Shown here piece after piece: positions 25,641 to 38,902 of a DNA stretch of 64,000 bases. Numbering within the stretch: position 1 is the stretch's first letter; each line of letters opens with the position of its first letter. The stretch is taken from assembly GCA_040954595.2 (NCBI GenBank), contig CM082584.2:8323146-8387145 (forward strand), given 5' to 3'. Both the position numbers and the translations under genes were made by a program. The notes under the pieces were generated by a model, which searched no databases, had not been told where the DNA came from, and saw only the letters and a list, made by a program, of their open reading frames with translations. The DNA comes from Balanoglossus misakiensis (Eukaryota; Animalia; Hemichordata).

Positions 25641-26570
25641 ATGGCGGACACAGACAGCAAGGCTATGGTGCAAGAGGTCGATTTAGGACCGATGGGGGAC
25701 GCGTATGTCTGCTACAAGGGGTACTACCTGCCGCCTTACATGGAGGAAGATCGAATCATGGACGGAGAACTTGACAAGTTCGAACTGACCGAGGACGACG
25801 TGATGGTGGCCGGGTTTCCCAAGTCAGGCTCGACCTGGCTGACGAAAATACTGCTTGAGATGTACAACGACTGGGCAGTGGTCAACGTCATCGGCCGGAG
25901 CGTTGTGCCCATGCTCGAGTGGACGGTCAGTCAGCTGCACACCGAGGGGGCTATCGGCATGGCCAAGAAAAAGTTCATCGAGGACCCGTCTCTTTCTGGG
26001 GCCACCCGTCGCCTCATTAAGACCCACTTCCCGTATGATTTACTGCCGCGCACCGCGCTCGACGAGTCGTCGTCCAGTTGCAAGAAGATCCACCTCACGC
26101 GAAACCCCAAGGACGTTTGCACCAATTTCTACTTTCTGGAGCGGTCCCTCTTGCCGATGACGTCACCCGAGGAGGTCATGTCCTGGGAGGATTTCGTGGA
26201 CAACTTCTCGCAGGGCCGCGTGGTGTACGGGCCGTGGGTGTCCAGCGTCGCGGAGTGGTGGCACCGCGGCCCCGAGGAGAATGTGCTGCACGTCACGTAC
26301 GAGGAGATCGTCAACACGCGCGAGGAGGTCGTCAAAACACTGGCGGAATTCCTGGGCAGGCCGCTCTCCGATTCGGACGTCAAGCGAGTGGTCAAGGCGA
26401 CGGACTTCGACAGCAAAGTCTACAAAGTTGGCGGAACCGAGTTCCGGAGAGGGGTCGTCGGTGAGTGGAAGAATCACTTTACTGCGGAGCAAAGTGATTG
26501 TTTCGACCGAAGGATCTGCAATAAACTGAAAGCAAACGGACTCGGATTCATATTCGAACCATATCAATGA
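25641..26570 (+). CDS. Cytosolic (PAPS-dependent) sulfotransferase family protein, intronless CDS, 309 aa
   Basis: 5'PSB motif GFPKSGSTW, catalytic KTH, 3'PB motif RNPKDVCTN, YGPW, YEE and C-terminal RRGVVGEWKNHFT. Confidence 0.93.
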   Translation: MADTDSKAMVQEVDLGPMGDAYVCYKGYYLPPYMEEDRIMDGELDKFELTEDDVMVAGFPKSGSTWLTKILLEMYNDWAVVNVIGRSVVPMLEWTVSQLHTEGAIGMAKKKFIEDPSLSGATRRLIKTHFPYDLLPRTALDESSSSCKKIHLTRNPKDVCTNFYFLERSLLPMTSPEEVMSWEDFVDNFSQGRVVYGPWVSSVAEWWHRGPEENVLHVTYEEIVNTREEVVKTLAEFLGRPLSDSDVKRVVKATDFDSKVYKVGGTEFRRGVVGEWKNHFTAEQSDCFDRRICNKLKANGLGFIFEPYQ

Positions 26571-28772
26571 GGTGTCGCGGAACAGCCGTTTGGTGACTCA
26601 AAGCGCTTGGTTCTAAACTGTCATTGCAGTGACCCGCAGCCCAAACACGTGCTCGTGTAATTTCTGGCCAAACAGGGCTTTTCTAGATGGCGTTTAAGCG
26701 ACCCCCAATGTTTTTTTTCTACGCACACAACTCTGAAAACTTACTGACAAAATGAAACGTGTTCATTATCATTCGCCTACAAGCTTAAATATTTGTGTAA
26801 CAATATCAGATTGTCTTCTTCGCTTTTACATCATTTTCACACCAGAGTTTATTATTCTAGATTGCGGTCTCTTTCTTGTAAACACTGCGATATGATTCCA
26901 AAACGGGATTGACGAGACCATGTAAAGTAATGCCGTGTAAACTCGGAGGTTAGGGGTCGCAATCTGGATCTTATCTGGAATTCTTGTCTGTCGGCATGTG
27001 CTAATGTCAAATTTATTACTTCAAGTGACACCACTCCCACTATCTCAGCAGACCAGTTCTTCACGCACTTTTGCCTGGAATGTGTAGTGATATAATTTCT
27101 GTCGCTTCATTATCGACTTAATGAATAACGCATGTCTTGAAGATTTGTTGCGAAACACTGATTTACTGTAAATTGTCATTTACGTCTTCTGCTTAGAAAT
27201 CTGTAAAAACATTAATTTTAAATTTCACTGGGAATTCATTTCATTTTTTTTATATTTGGGGCACATTCACCAGGTTTTTAAGTCACGTATTTGGCTTGGT
27301 CTATAAAACAACGAGTTTTGTTCTCATTTTACGTTATTTTTTTTCACTGGGGGTTATTTTGGCGGATTTTATCAATCGACGAATATATTGAAATTAAACC
27401 CAATGCTTTTTACAGTACACTTAATGAGAATACACTTTATCAGCCGTGAACTTTAACCCAGAGGGTCGGTAGCGACGGCCGCTGGGGTGTGATTTTTGTT
27501 GCAATGTGCGCTGTAATGTGAATATTGAAAATAAAATTATTGATTGTTTTTCTCCCTTGCGTCTTGGTTCGCATTCTTCAGTTCGTTTGACTACCTTGAG
27601 AGTTTTTATAAGGCTGACATGTAGATGGATAGTTGGTATTATCCGCAGTGTCGAGAATTCCCCTCGGGAACTCGGTCGGTGGCTGAACTCGTCGACCAGC
27701 GTGTCCTCATAACCTAAATAATCGCGGTGGATCAATGTTTACCAGGAGTGTACGTTACGTCAATTAGACAACAGAGAGGGGCATCTTCCGGATATATCAG
27801 TCCTGGCTCACAGTCTCCACCGTGGTGGAAATAAATACGGGACGTACACCCCCGACTCACGGTATTTCACGGAGCAGCCTTATCACGATGTAAATTACCA
27901 AGGCGTTAGTCTAAAATACTCAGGCGTGAGTTGCTTAAATCCCCCCAAACCTGGGACTAAACTACCAAGGCGGGTAATTTTGCAAAGGATATTGATCAAT
28001 AACTATACATGCACTGTATACGCTCTCCTCGGTTTTCACAGCTGCCAGAATTCCATTTATGTCTCCACAAGGCATGCCACATATGCTTGGACGGAATTTT
28101 GAAATTTGATCACAGCAGTCATGTGCATAGACGATTTTCTGTATGAAAGACACCAAGGTATTTGTATACGCCAGATTCAACTAGTTTCAATCTATCTATC
28201 GATCGATGTGTGTATGTACGTATGGATGGATGGATGGATGGACGTGACCACCTATAGAGGTTAATCACACAATCGATCACTTCACATGCACACAGCAAGA
28301 TGACACGAAATAAATCAGACACTGTTCCAGTCAGGATAGTTCAAAACAAAGTCAGTCGTCACTCACTACCCAGGGCACACAACCACCAGAAATGGTAAGC
28401 AGGCCATGAATCATGCAACAGGGGACTGGCTTTCTCCGGCGCTATCATCATCATGCATCGACTTACATACATGCAGAGTGCAACAATGTAAGATGTGCAT
28501 GTTCCATGTTCATTCAAATTACAGGAGATGATCTAACAATATCGAGCAACCGGATAACGAAATAAAATGTGAAATACGTACGCCACGGGAACTGAAAAAA
28601 AAATACACACATCGCAACGACGTGGCTTTCGTAAGTGACAGACATCTACCCTTAAAATAATGGTGCGGTCTGGCAAACTTTTTTAGACGTTGATAGAGAG
28701 ACATATAGTTATCGGAAGTTTCTGCAAGCAGTTTAAGCGTCTCCTGTGAATTTTGCAAAGTTTGCACTAGCC

Positions 28773-29657
28773 ATGTCTGCCCGGAAGATGGCGGATGTTA
28801 TCGGCACGGATTCGTTCGTCTCGTACAAAGGATTCTTCCTGCCGTCGAGTTTGGAGGAGACCCGGATCAAGAACCAGGAGCTGGACAATTTCTGCCTCAC
28901 GAAGGACGACGTCCTGGTGGTGGGCTTCCCGAAGTCGGGGACGACCAGGATGACCCTGCTGCTGCGAGAGATGTACGGCGACCTGGGGCTGATAGAAGCC
29001 GCGGGCAGGAAGGTGGTGCCCTTCCTGGAGTGGTCGGTCAGTCAGTTCCACATCGAAGGAACCACGGGAATCGCCAGGAAGGCCTTTCTGGAAAACCCGT
29101 CCATGTCCTCCGATCGCCGGCTTATCAAGAGCAGACTACCCTACACGGTCATGCCGCGGCAACTCAGAGAAGATAAAGTTTGCAAAGTCATCTATATGAC
29201 GCGCAACCCCAAAGACGTCTGTGCCAACTATTTCCACTACGAGAAGGCGCACGTCCCCTTGGATCGGAACGACAAGCCGATTTCCTGGGGCGACTTCGTG
29301 CAAGCCTTCGCCGACGGCCTCGTCGTCTACGGTCCCTGGCTGGATCACGTCACCGGGTGGCTGAAGAACTCCCCGGCCGAGAACATCCTCCACGTCCCGT
29401 ACGAAGACCTGCTGCAGAACACCGCCTCGGTCGTCGAGAAGATCGTGGCGTTCCTCGACCGGCCGCTCTCCGGCAAGACCGTGGAGCAGGTCATCGGCTC
29501 CGCCACGTTCAGCGCCGAGGGGTCGCCGATAGCCAGAGGGGTCACCGGGGAATGGAGGAAGGTGTTCTCCGAAGAAGAAAGTGCCCTCATCGACAGAGAT
29601 ATTGGGAACATGCTGACGGCCAAGGGATACGGCTCACTTTACGAACCCTGCCAGTAA
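28773..29657 (+). CDS. Cytosolic sulfotransferase-like paralog, intronless CDS, ~294 aa, probably catalytically impaired
   Basis: First ATG at 28773 (the track start at 28746 is GTG). Motifs GFPKSGTTR, KSR in place of KTH, RNPKDVCAN, YGPW, RGVTGEWR; colinear with the upstream paralog. Confidence 0.9.
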   Translation: MSARKMADVIGTDSFVSYKGFFLPSSLEETRIKNQELDNFCLTKDDVLVVGFPKSGTTRMTLLLREMYGDLGLIEAAGRKVVPFLEWSVSQFHIEGTTGIARKAFLENPSMSSDRRLIKSRLPYTVMPRQLREDKVCKVIYMTRNPKDVCANYFHYEKAHVPLDRNDKPISWGDFVQAFADGLVVYGPWLDHVTGWLKNSPAENILHVPYEDLLQNTASVVEKIVAFLDRPLSGKTVEQVIGSATFSAEGSPIARGVTGEWRKVFSEEESALIDRDIGNMLTAKGYGSLYEPCQ

Positions 29658-32600
29658 TGACGTCACAGAAAAACGTCCGAGAAGGCTTGATTTTGGTTGA
29701 CGCACTAGTACCCTATATAGGCTTCCGAACAGCTTTCGTATTAACTCCCATTGCTGAGACTAACATATCACCAACCATTTGCTGGGAAAGAACTAGCGTG
29801 CTTTGACCTTTTGGAAATTGTTTGTCAACATGATCCGAGATCTAGTTCACTCTGAAATTGGACTCTGCCACCCCGCTGCAAGATATGTGCTAAGAAGTAG
29901 TTAATGAGCTACCGAGTGAATGCTTAACTGCCAAAGTGTGTGACTGATGTAGTATCGGCGATTGTTTCGCATAGTAGTGGTCATGTAACGTGCAATGATC
30001 AGAGAATGGATCGGATTGGGATACATAATACATTACTAAGGCACCTCTGAAATTACTCAAGAATGAATCGTCAAGGCGTCGGCACTGTTCCTGTTCGATG
30101 GGTATAACATTATTCGACACTACACAACTTGGAACGACAACATACGGTGACGTCATGAATCCCACGGCTCGACGGAACAATAATTTCCAAACGTTCATTT
30201 TTCATATGATTGGGAATGTGGAACAGCGAAATTCTATACCATGCAAACATTATAATTGTTCAAGTGACTCCAGCTTTTGGTCAGTACAATTACTACGAGA
30301 AGGGGTTTACATGCAACACACGTGTATGTACGTGACTGTATGCTTTAGTGATTGTAGACACTCTCACCCCTTTAATTATACAGAATGGAACAGTCGCCAG
30401 TGGCTGCCATTTTAATTTCTCTTTCAAATAAATAACACGTTCTGACCTAAGTTGACGTCCAGATGTAATTTGTGTCTATATCATCGCCAGAGCGCGTGTC
30501 TCCTAAATTACAGCGTCTATTTATATCCCTTATCCCATTACACTGACGTGTGGTATTTTTATGTCGGGAGTACGTACGGGGTTTTCATAGATTTGTCTTT
30601 CGAAAATGAACACATGACACAGACACGTACTATGAAAGGGAGAGCGATACTCCAGTGCACAAACAATTTTGACCGACACTGCTTCACATCAGTGTCTCTT
30701 GGAAAATACGAGCATCACGACACTTTCGGTTTTAAAGGTATACGGTCACCTATGCAAACCTATTAAGTTATAATTACGTAGGCTGAGATCTAGCCAATCA
30801 CAGATTATAGTTGGTGGCACTCACGAACAAAAGAGCACTCAAATACGCCGTTTCAGCCATATATGGGCGTATGTTACAGTAATAAATTGTAGGTGACCGT
30901 ATATCTTTAACATCACTGGCTGCCACTTAACTTGTGAATGTGAGTCGCCGAGCGATCCACGACAGACACACATCAACGAAAAGTGTGTTTTTTCTTGAGT
31001 GCGGAATCTGTCATCGTGACAGATGCCCTGAAGGGATGGCGATCTCCACCTTCAGCTGTTTCATGAACCATTAACATATTTTCGGGCTCTCAGGTTGCAA
31101 ATTGTACATGTTTACTGCGCATCCAATTTAAAAGCGGCAAATAGCACAGCGCCTCTGTGTGACCCCCTTTTTCAGTTCGCTAAATGCGTCCTTTCTACTC
31201 CTCAATAATCATGGAACCCATCGCCTGGTTGATATAGGCCTACGATGTAAGAGAGACAGATAAGACAACACAATTGAAACAAACTGACGACATACAGCGG
31301 TGGGTTTTGGGTTGTTGTTGTTGTTTTGTTTTTTGTTTTTTTTTGGGGGGGGAATAACAGCAAAATGTACTTCCACCACTAGAGGGTGCAATGACAAGTC
31401 CTTGCATACTGGGACTACCCATGACATCGACATCTTATTCCCTTCTACAAACACCCAATAAATAATATTTTTGACCAGTGAATGTCCGATTTTTGCTTCA
31501 GAAAAAACGAAATTACTTAAGAATATTTCTCCTGATTTCTGCACTACCAACCCTTCGTTTCGTCTAACGTGTGCGTTTTTCTAGACTCTGAAGAGCACTG
31601 AGGTGCGGCAGATGTAGTACATCGCCCTCTAGTGAGAGCCTGGGGAAGTAGCGCCCACGTTTCCAGTGAGTTTGTCACACCGTACTGTATAAATGTACCA
31701 CAGTAAATATTATGGCTTTCTGTACAGATGAAAGCCTTGGCTTGAGGCACGTGACGCACATATCACAAAAGAGATTGGTTTTTGACACAGTAAACATGGC
31801 GGGGGCAGTGAATGTAGTAGTTTACACTGAAGTAGATAATGATACACTCGCGATTCTGATCCTTATTGTTTTGGGGGACATGGGTGCGTCAAATCTTGTT
31901 TTGAGGCAAGGGCCACGGTCATTCCATTCAGACAATCTCTAAAGGGAGCTAGATACAGTCGAGATAAGGGGTGACCTAAGACTACGGGCAAATGATGACG
32001 TGGCACATGCAGGGACTGTAGACGTGGTCTTGCAAGGAATGGCGAAATATGCAATTGAAGATTTATGACAAAAAGTAATGACTTCGTACTGCTATTCTTC
32101 GAAACGCTGGATATCAATACACCGTTGATAAGTCGCCATCAATGCTCACCGTACGTTCTATTTTAGGTGTTTGTAAATGTAAAGAAATAGGTTTATTAGG
32201 TAGCTAGTATTTAAGGCTTACTTCCCCCATTTTATGGAGACATGAGGTAAGACCACCGCTTGGCTTACTACTTTGCGGCAGTTGTCAACGAAACTATGCA
32301 ATACCAGAGGGAGTGGGGTTACCATGGCATCAGTTGAAAATCGACACACAGCCAGCTGTCAACCGATCCAGCTGGATGCGTCGGCTAGAGTTTAAGGTTA
32401 AAACTCTCATTACTGCCTGTAAACATGACAAATCCCCCAGTATAGCCTTCGCTATTCGCGCGCACTTTTATTTTTTCTCGCCTACGGCACACTTGATGAC
32501 GTCACAGCTTAGACGTCAGCTGCCCGAATTAGCGGATGTGTAACAGTTTGTTTGAAGTCAACTTACTTGTGGAGCAATAAATCTCGAAAAACTAGTTAAT

Positions 32601-35600
32601 AATTTCTAGACAGATTAGAGCAAGTATTTATCAAAGGAAACCGGCAATCAACGAAACCTTTGTAGCAATTGACTGCGGAAAGACTTTGTGTACATAAAAG
32701 AACCAGTCGTTGCTACCTGTGTAGACATGTCAGCCACGTGCACACGACACTGCACTAATCATTATGCACTAACCCGTCTCAACATCTTCATCCGCAACGC
32801 TTAATAGTCTCTTTGGATCTCTTACAATGTCATGACTATAGACACAGCGTTTTTGTCTAGTCACTATCACGATCGTGACTAGACAAGTTAATAATGCCGA
32901 TTTCTTGTGTCACGTTTATTTTACATGCTTAGAGCATTTGTGAAGGTTTGAATCATGTTGCAAAGGTGTATATTTTCGGATATGAGGTAACGACTAATTC
33001 GCGATAAAGTCCCAATAAACACTGCCATAATTCAGTATTTACGACTTTCAAAGTGCAAAAAATGTACAGTGTTTTTTCCAAAATGTGTGAAGGACTGTTT
33101 CAAGTTCTAAACGTCGTCGAACGCGGAGGGTGTGGTACGCGGTCACGAATGTTGAACCCGATGGTTTATATATCTAGCCATTGAAAATGAAAACAATGGA
33201 AATGATATGTTCGGGTTCTAGATGTCAAGGGTGTTTCATTATTTAGAACTGACGTATCGATTTGCCTTGATAAGTTTATCAAACTCCCGTCACGTAGTAA
33301 TAATAGTCATACGGTACATACATACATACATACAGTATCGAGAATAGTCGCGAACAATTAAGCACTTATAGATCCATTAAAATAAGCAGTACAACCATTG
33401 CCCCAAATTCAACGATTGAAACAGCATATTCTACCACATATGGTATGATGGAAAAGCATTCGCAAATGCTTTCTATTTCACCTCCAATTATATTTGACCT
33501 TTTAGGTGTTTGTGTTGTTGAGATAACGTTTAGGCCTACTGTTATTTTTAGATCAACCTCTGATCGCTGACGGTCATTGTTAACCTCTACGGAGCTAGCG
33601 ATCTCGTATGCCAAATAAATGTTTACGTCGCATTTCCTGTGTCACGGGATATACCCAGGCTCCTCGGACCTATATGCAAATATCTTTGGTATGCACTTCT
33701 AAGATAACACTCTGGTTTCCGTCTAGGGTGATGTTGAATGAGTAACCGTGCTATAAAAGTTAAGCACGACTTCCTTAAAGTCCTCATCTGACATCCTCTT
33801 ACTGTAAATGAGGGTGAAGCGGGGGAGGGGGTCATTCCCTTCTTGAAGAACCAAAGTGATGTCAGAGATACCCGGTGTGGGTTTGGGTTTAGCGTCAGCG
33901 TTAATATAGGAAAATACATAATTTCTCCCCGAAATACAATGAAACGGGGAATTGGGGGAATCGGGCCCGGGTAATTCTATGCGAAATTATCAATGATGTA
34001 TCGTCAGCGTATCCTCTGTTGCGCCTAATATATAGTCTGACGGTATAATAAAATATGTATATCGGGTTTTTCTTTCTCTTCGGAGAAAAATCGGTGATAC
34101 ACATTTGTGAAACACGACGGGACGTGACGACCTCTGCCTCACTGAACCCTGGCCCCCGAACGAAGCTCTTATCGAAGTTTTGCCGGGGTGCCGCGATAGA
34201 ACCATATCCGTAGTCTTTCAGATCCTGTAGAGGTAGCGTAGGCAAAACTATTCAGTGTATACAATGGGAGACACAAAACGGCAATAGTGGCCGCTCTTAG
34301 CACATTAACTATGCCCTTTGTGTTGGGAGCCGGTTAACATTACGTGCAGTGGTGCCGCGAATACGGATTATTTTGGACACGACCTCAATCACACCGGCGT
34401 TGGCGCTAAGCGGCCCATATGCGAGCCGGCGCTCGCAGAAACGCGCATGTCCCGATGCCAGTACAGTCTTTTTTATTACATTGGCATTGGCCTGAATATT
34501 GAGGTAAAATTTGAGGAACAAGACAGATCGAAACAGTAAAAATAAAATTTTCTATTTATTTTTCATTTTCTTGATACAAAAAACATAAAAAATATATTAT
34601 ACTGTATCACTGACGTACAGAACGGACATTTACAGTGAAATATATACTAAAAACTTAACGGTACGCGTTATGAAAATTACTTAAACTATTACCGACCGAA
34701 TCCCCCGGAGTTTTTATTTTTAATCGACGCAGCGTCCGGTCCCTGGATGCTAAAACGGATACGCTCAGCGAAAAGTTTGTCAACCCGTCACACCGTCCTG
34801 AATAAGTGTTTTGAACCCGGTGATGCGCATGCGTGTATTGTCGCTGCGCGGAAAGTGTGATGACTTTACCCGTGTCGGGGGGGGGGGGGGTTATCTTTGC
34901 GGTCTTATAACTGAGTGAGAATTTTGAATTATTTCTTAGTACATTTCGGCTGATCACGATACTTTTACCCGATGTCGGCTACATCATCGGCTAAGTAGGC
35001 TTACCAGTGACCCGGCCACCTGTCCCACGTTCCCATTTAAATGATACACTGAAAATCCAATGAAACTAGCCGTATAGCATTGCACAACGCAGGGTCCGAC
35101 AAAATGAATAGTGATAGACCTACGTACCTCAGATATTGTTTAGGCCCAGGCTTGTGACTGCGTTTTGTTGCCGGAGTTTAATTACCCTCGATTTGATAAA
35201 TACCTGGAACAAGAAAAAGTCGCTGGTAGGTGGCTGTGGCCATAATAATTTTAATTCAGATACTGGTTCTTATTATAAACAGGAATACGTATTTGTTTGT
35301 AAAGTGGTGGGTTAACATTTTGCAAGTTGGATTGGGAGGAAAATAACATGATACTCATTTCCATATATTTGTGTATATATTTGTGTATATGTCATCATGT
35401 GTGTATACGCGGTTTCCTTCTACGTACGTGCGCCAGGTGTTCGTCACGTGATATGAGACAGTCTCGCGGTCACCGCACAATTCAGAGTCGAACGAAGACA
35501 AGTAGGTGTGATATGCGCCAATTAACAGTGCGAAAGGTTCACTGGTGTCAGTTCTAATTTGCTGCGGTGTCAGTAGGTTATCATGACCGCAATGCGGTGG

Positions 35601-38600
35601 TACGAACCGAACGGGAATACCTACTTCAGAAGGCGACTGCATCGACACCACGCGGCCCGTGTCCGAGTCGCACCAAGCCAGAGACTGCCGCAGCTGGGCA
35701 AATTCGCGCAATTCCCATTGCGAAATTCGTGCAATATCAGTACGCACAAGTGTACACTGTACGTACAAAGTGCGGCCTATAGATTATAATACAAATAAAG
35801 TAATATTTTATGACCAGGTCAATCGTGGAATCAATTGGCTTTGAATTATAACATTGAGTTGGATGTCATTTTTTCAACTAACCCTGGTGAACATTGTACA
35901 TTCGAATATACATTTAAATATGCATAAGCTTGTTTGGTATGCGGCCTATGCAGCGTTCGGGGTCACCTAGTACTGGTTCGTGCGAAAGTGGCACACAACA
36001 ATATAATGCGGGTAGGCAAACAACGCAACCTGCATATTCATGAAAAGTAAAGGCACTTCGACCGTGTTCTCAGATGTCATGACGACAGCAAAACTTGCTC
36101 TGGAGACACCGGTATTGACTTGATTCATTTCCAACAGCGTAAAGTATGATACATTTATTTAATAATGGATATGGCAGTTGCTGAGATGTGCTCTAGCCCC
36201 AGAGTATTTTCAGTTAACCGTCCCATGCCTACGACGAGAGATACCGGCCTTATGCGACTTGTCCAACATAGCCCGAGTAGAGAAAAACTGATGTTATTTA
36301 TTTTCGGTAATTAATAACGCAACCATAACAATTGCATCCACAGGCGCCTGGACATTGTCGTCAAGGGCAGAAAACCGTATACAATGCAGTCGATTGCAAA
36401 GGACAACATTGGTTCTATCATTAAAGCTACATTATTGTATCTCGGGGATGTGCAGGGGATATTGCGAGGCAGCGGCCAATCAAGCGAAACTCTAATAACT
36501 TTTAATCTGCATCGCTGTGGTCCATATAATAAATCATGATTATGTACTATAGTGCAAATGAGCAAGACGTATCATGCCAATCTTGGCAATCGTCCCACCA
36601 TTAGCAGAATGTGGTCAAAACCACGGGACAGATTATCGCGATTGTAATATCTCAATCGTGCCATCGACGACCCCGAGTATTAGGCGATCCTTGACCTGAG
36701 CAAATATGCCGAATGACATCACAAGCCAAGGTGGACGTGACACCGCGAGCCCAATACGTGCTGCAGTTGAAATTAAGTGTGGTGTGTGTGTGTGGGGGGG
36801 GGGGTACTTTCTGTACATATGGAAACTTTAGGAAGATGAGGTCGTGCCAAGGGGGTCGGACGCGCCGTGTGACATATTGTATATGCGCCAGAGCTCGGCA
36901 AAAAAATTGAAATCCAGCCAAAATCCACCAAGCGGGAGGTTAAGGACCCCGTGTCTGCTTGTCATCGGACCAGACGCCGGAGATTTGCGGTTAGATAAAA
37001 TACCTGGTGGAATCCCTCATCCAAAATTTGCTGCCCGAGAAGCAGTAGGGAAACGACGGCCTTATAACTTGCTTGGAATTGTCATTTTTGATTTGAGTTA
37101 AACAGAGTTCGTCGTGATGTCTATATACATGATATAGACGCTTGCCGTCGCCACCCTACCAAGTTGACGCAAACTCTGGCAAAGACAGCGGGTCACGGTC
37201 ACGTGACACCGCCCTGGCCTGGTGACACAGTTTGACACAGAGATATCGGGGGCCGAATCGGTCGACAAACTTTTGTTTCACAAATTAATCTTCCGTATAC
37301 TCGGTGCATACTACTCACCACGAAACGACTTGTCATGGTCAGACGGCAAGGTTGACGGTACAGAGTCTCCATAGGCAATGCATGGTCAGTTTCTTCACCC
37401 GATGGGGAGGGGAAGAGGGAGGGAGATGGCGGTGACGGCCCGCGGGGCAAGGGACTCCCAGTTTTCAACATTTGAAATAGAGAAATGGGGGTTATTCCGC
37501 TTTATGCGTTCAGTGTGTTTTGCTTTTATTGTCTGAGAGAAAGAATGACATTTTAATCAAAGCACAGCATGTTTTCACGGTGACCCAGGCTGGATTTAGC
37601 TGTGATGCCAGCAAATTCACCGGTTGGCTACCCCTGTTAAGAATCTTTCAAAGTTCCCTTTATCTTTCATCCTGTCCCAAAGTCGGACACTTCGCAAAGA
37701 TTTACTGCCGTAGAAATGGCGTGATGTGGTTCGATGCTTCGCTCAGAGTTTAAACAAAGAGAAACTCTCCGACAAAATAAATTTGTTTAACTGGGCGCGA
37801 TAGTGTGGCATGATTATATGTCTGCGGTGACAGGCCAATGGGCGATTTGTCAATTCTGGCGCGAAAATGTGTATCACGTGAAGTAATAAATACTTGTGTG
37901 ATGCTGGAGTGATTTGATGGATGCGCTTGACACTTCACCTGCATGTGGACGGAAGCGGTTTCCAGGGAAACCGGGGATGCAGGGGATATGCAAATAGACC
38001 CCTCAGTGAATGGACAGTAATGAAAGGTACCGTGGCCTACCCGCTACCCGAGGACCAAGTGTAGTTTGCTCAAATCTGATTGGCCGAAGGCTCTCGTACA
38101 GTTAAAACCAGTAAATAGGCTACTGTTGTTTTGTACAGCCTTTTGAAGTTTCGTCAGCTGAAATGCCCTTCTGCATCTTATATTTTTACGATTTTCTCTA
38201 AAAGTCGGCCGCAAATTGAATCCGCAATCCAATCACATGCACAAGTACATGGCAAGAACCTTCAACATAGGATATTTAATACAAATTTAGTAGAGCATGA
38301 CAGCATTGTACTAGTCGCACCCAACCGCATCAAACAACATACTGACACCAGATATGGTCTTGTTCTGGTGTTTACATGTTTCGCCGAATCGTGAAAACAA
38401 TGGGTTTGAAAGAATGTATACGGCGTTTAAAAGGTGGTTAGTGGCGCATTTTTTTTACAATACTGGAAGAAAGAAATAACCCGCGGCCGGTAACCCTGGT
38501 TCTTTATAGGCAAGGAACGAAACTTAAAAGACAGAGTATCCAAGCTAGTCTGACCTCTATCCTTGAACAGGCAGCTAGCTGCAGGTGATGTAGAATAAGG

Positions 38601-38848
38601 CACAGTGACGTCACAGAAGGTAGCCCACGATAAGATTTCTGTGATAATAAAGCTTGTCGGAGTCATCAAACTTCCACTGAAAAACCAGTCTGTCTCAATC
38701 GATATAGATCGCATGAACCCATAATTTATTCATTACTCTGGAATAGGTAGATATTAGTAGACCCCGCGACATGGGCCGGACCTAGCGTATAAATCACTGG
38801 TGACGTGTATGATTAAAAAGGGTTCTCGTTGTGGGTCCGAGTCTGGCT

Positions 38849-38902
38849 TAGCCCGGAGACCAGGGCGTCGATTCTAGAAAGGACGCCCTGGTCTCCGGGC
38901 TA
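38849..38902. mobile_element. 54-bp MITE with perfect 21-bp TIRs and 9-bp TSD (TAG...CTA termini, Academ-like)
   Basis: TIR TAGCCCGGAGACCAGGGCGTC, 12-bp spacer, then its exact reverse complement; flanked by AGTCTGGCT at 38840-38848 and 38903-38911. Confidence 0.88.

Noticed and set aside
25824-29806. Overlapping and antisense ORFs across the sulfotransferases (e.g. 29180-29806)
   Set aside because: Shadow ORFs expected from high GC3 codon bias; no recognisable motifs.
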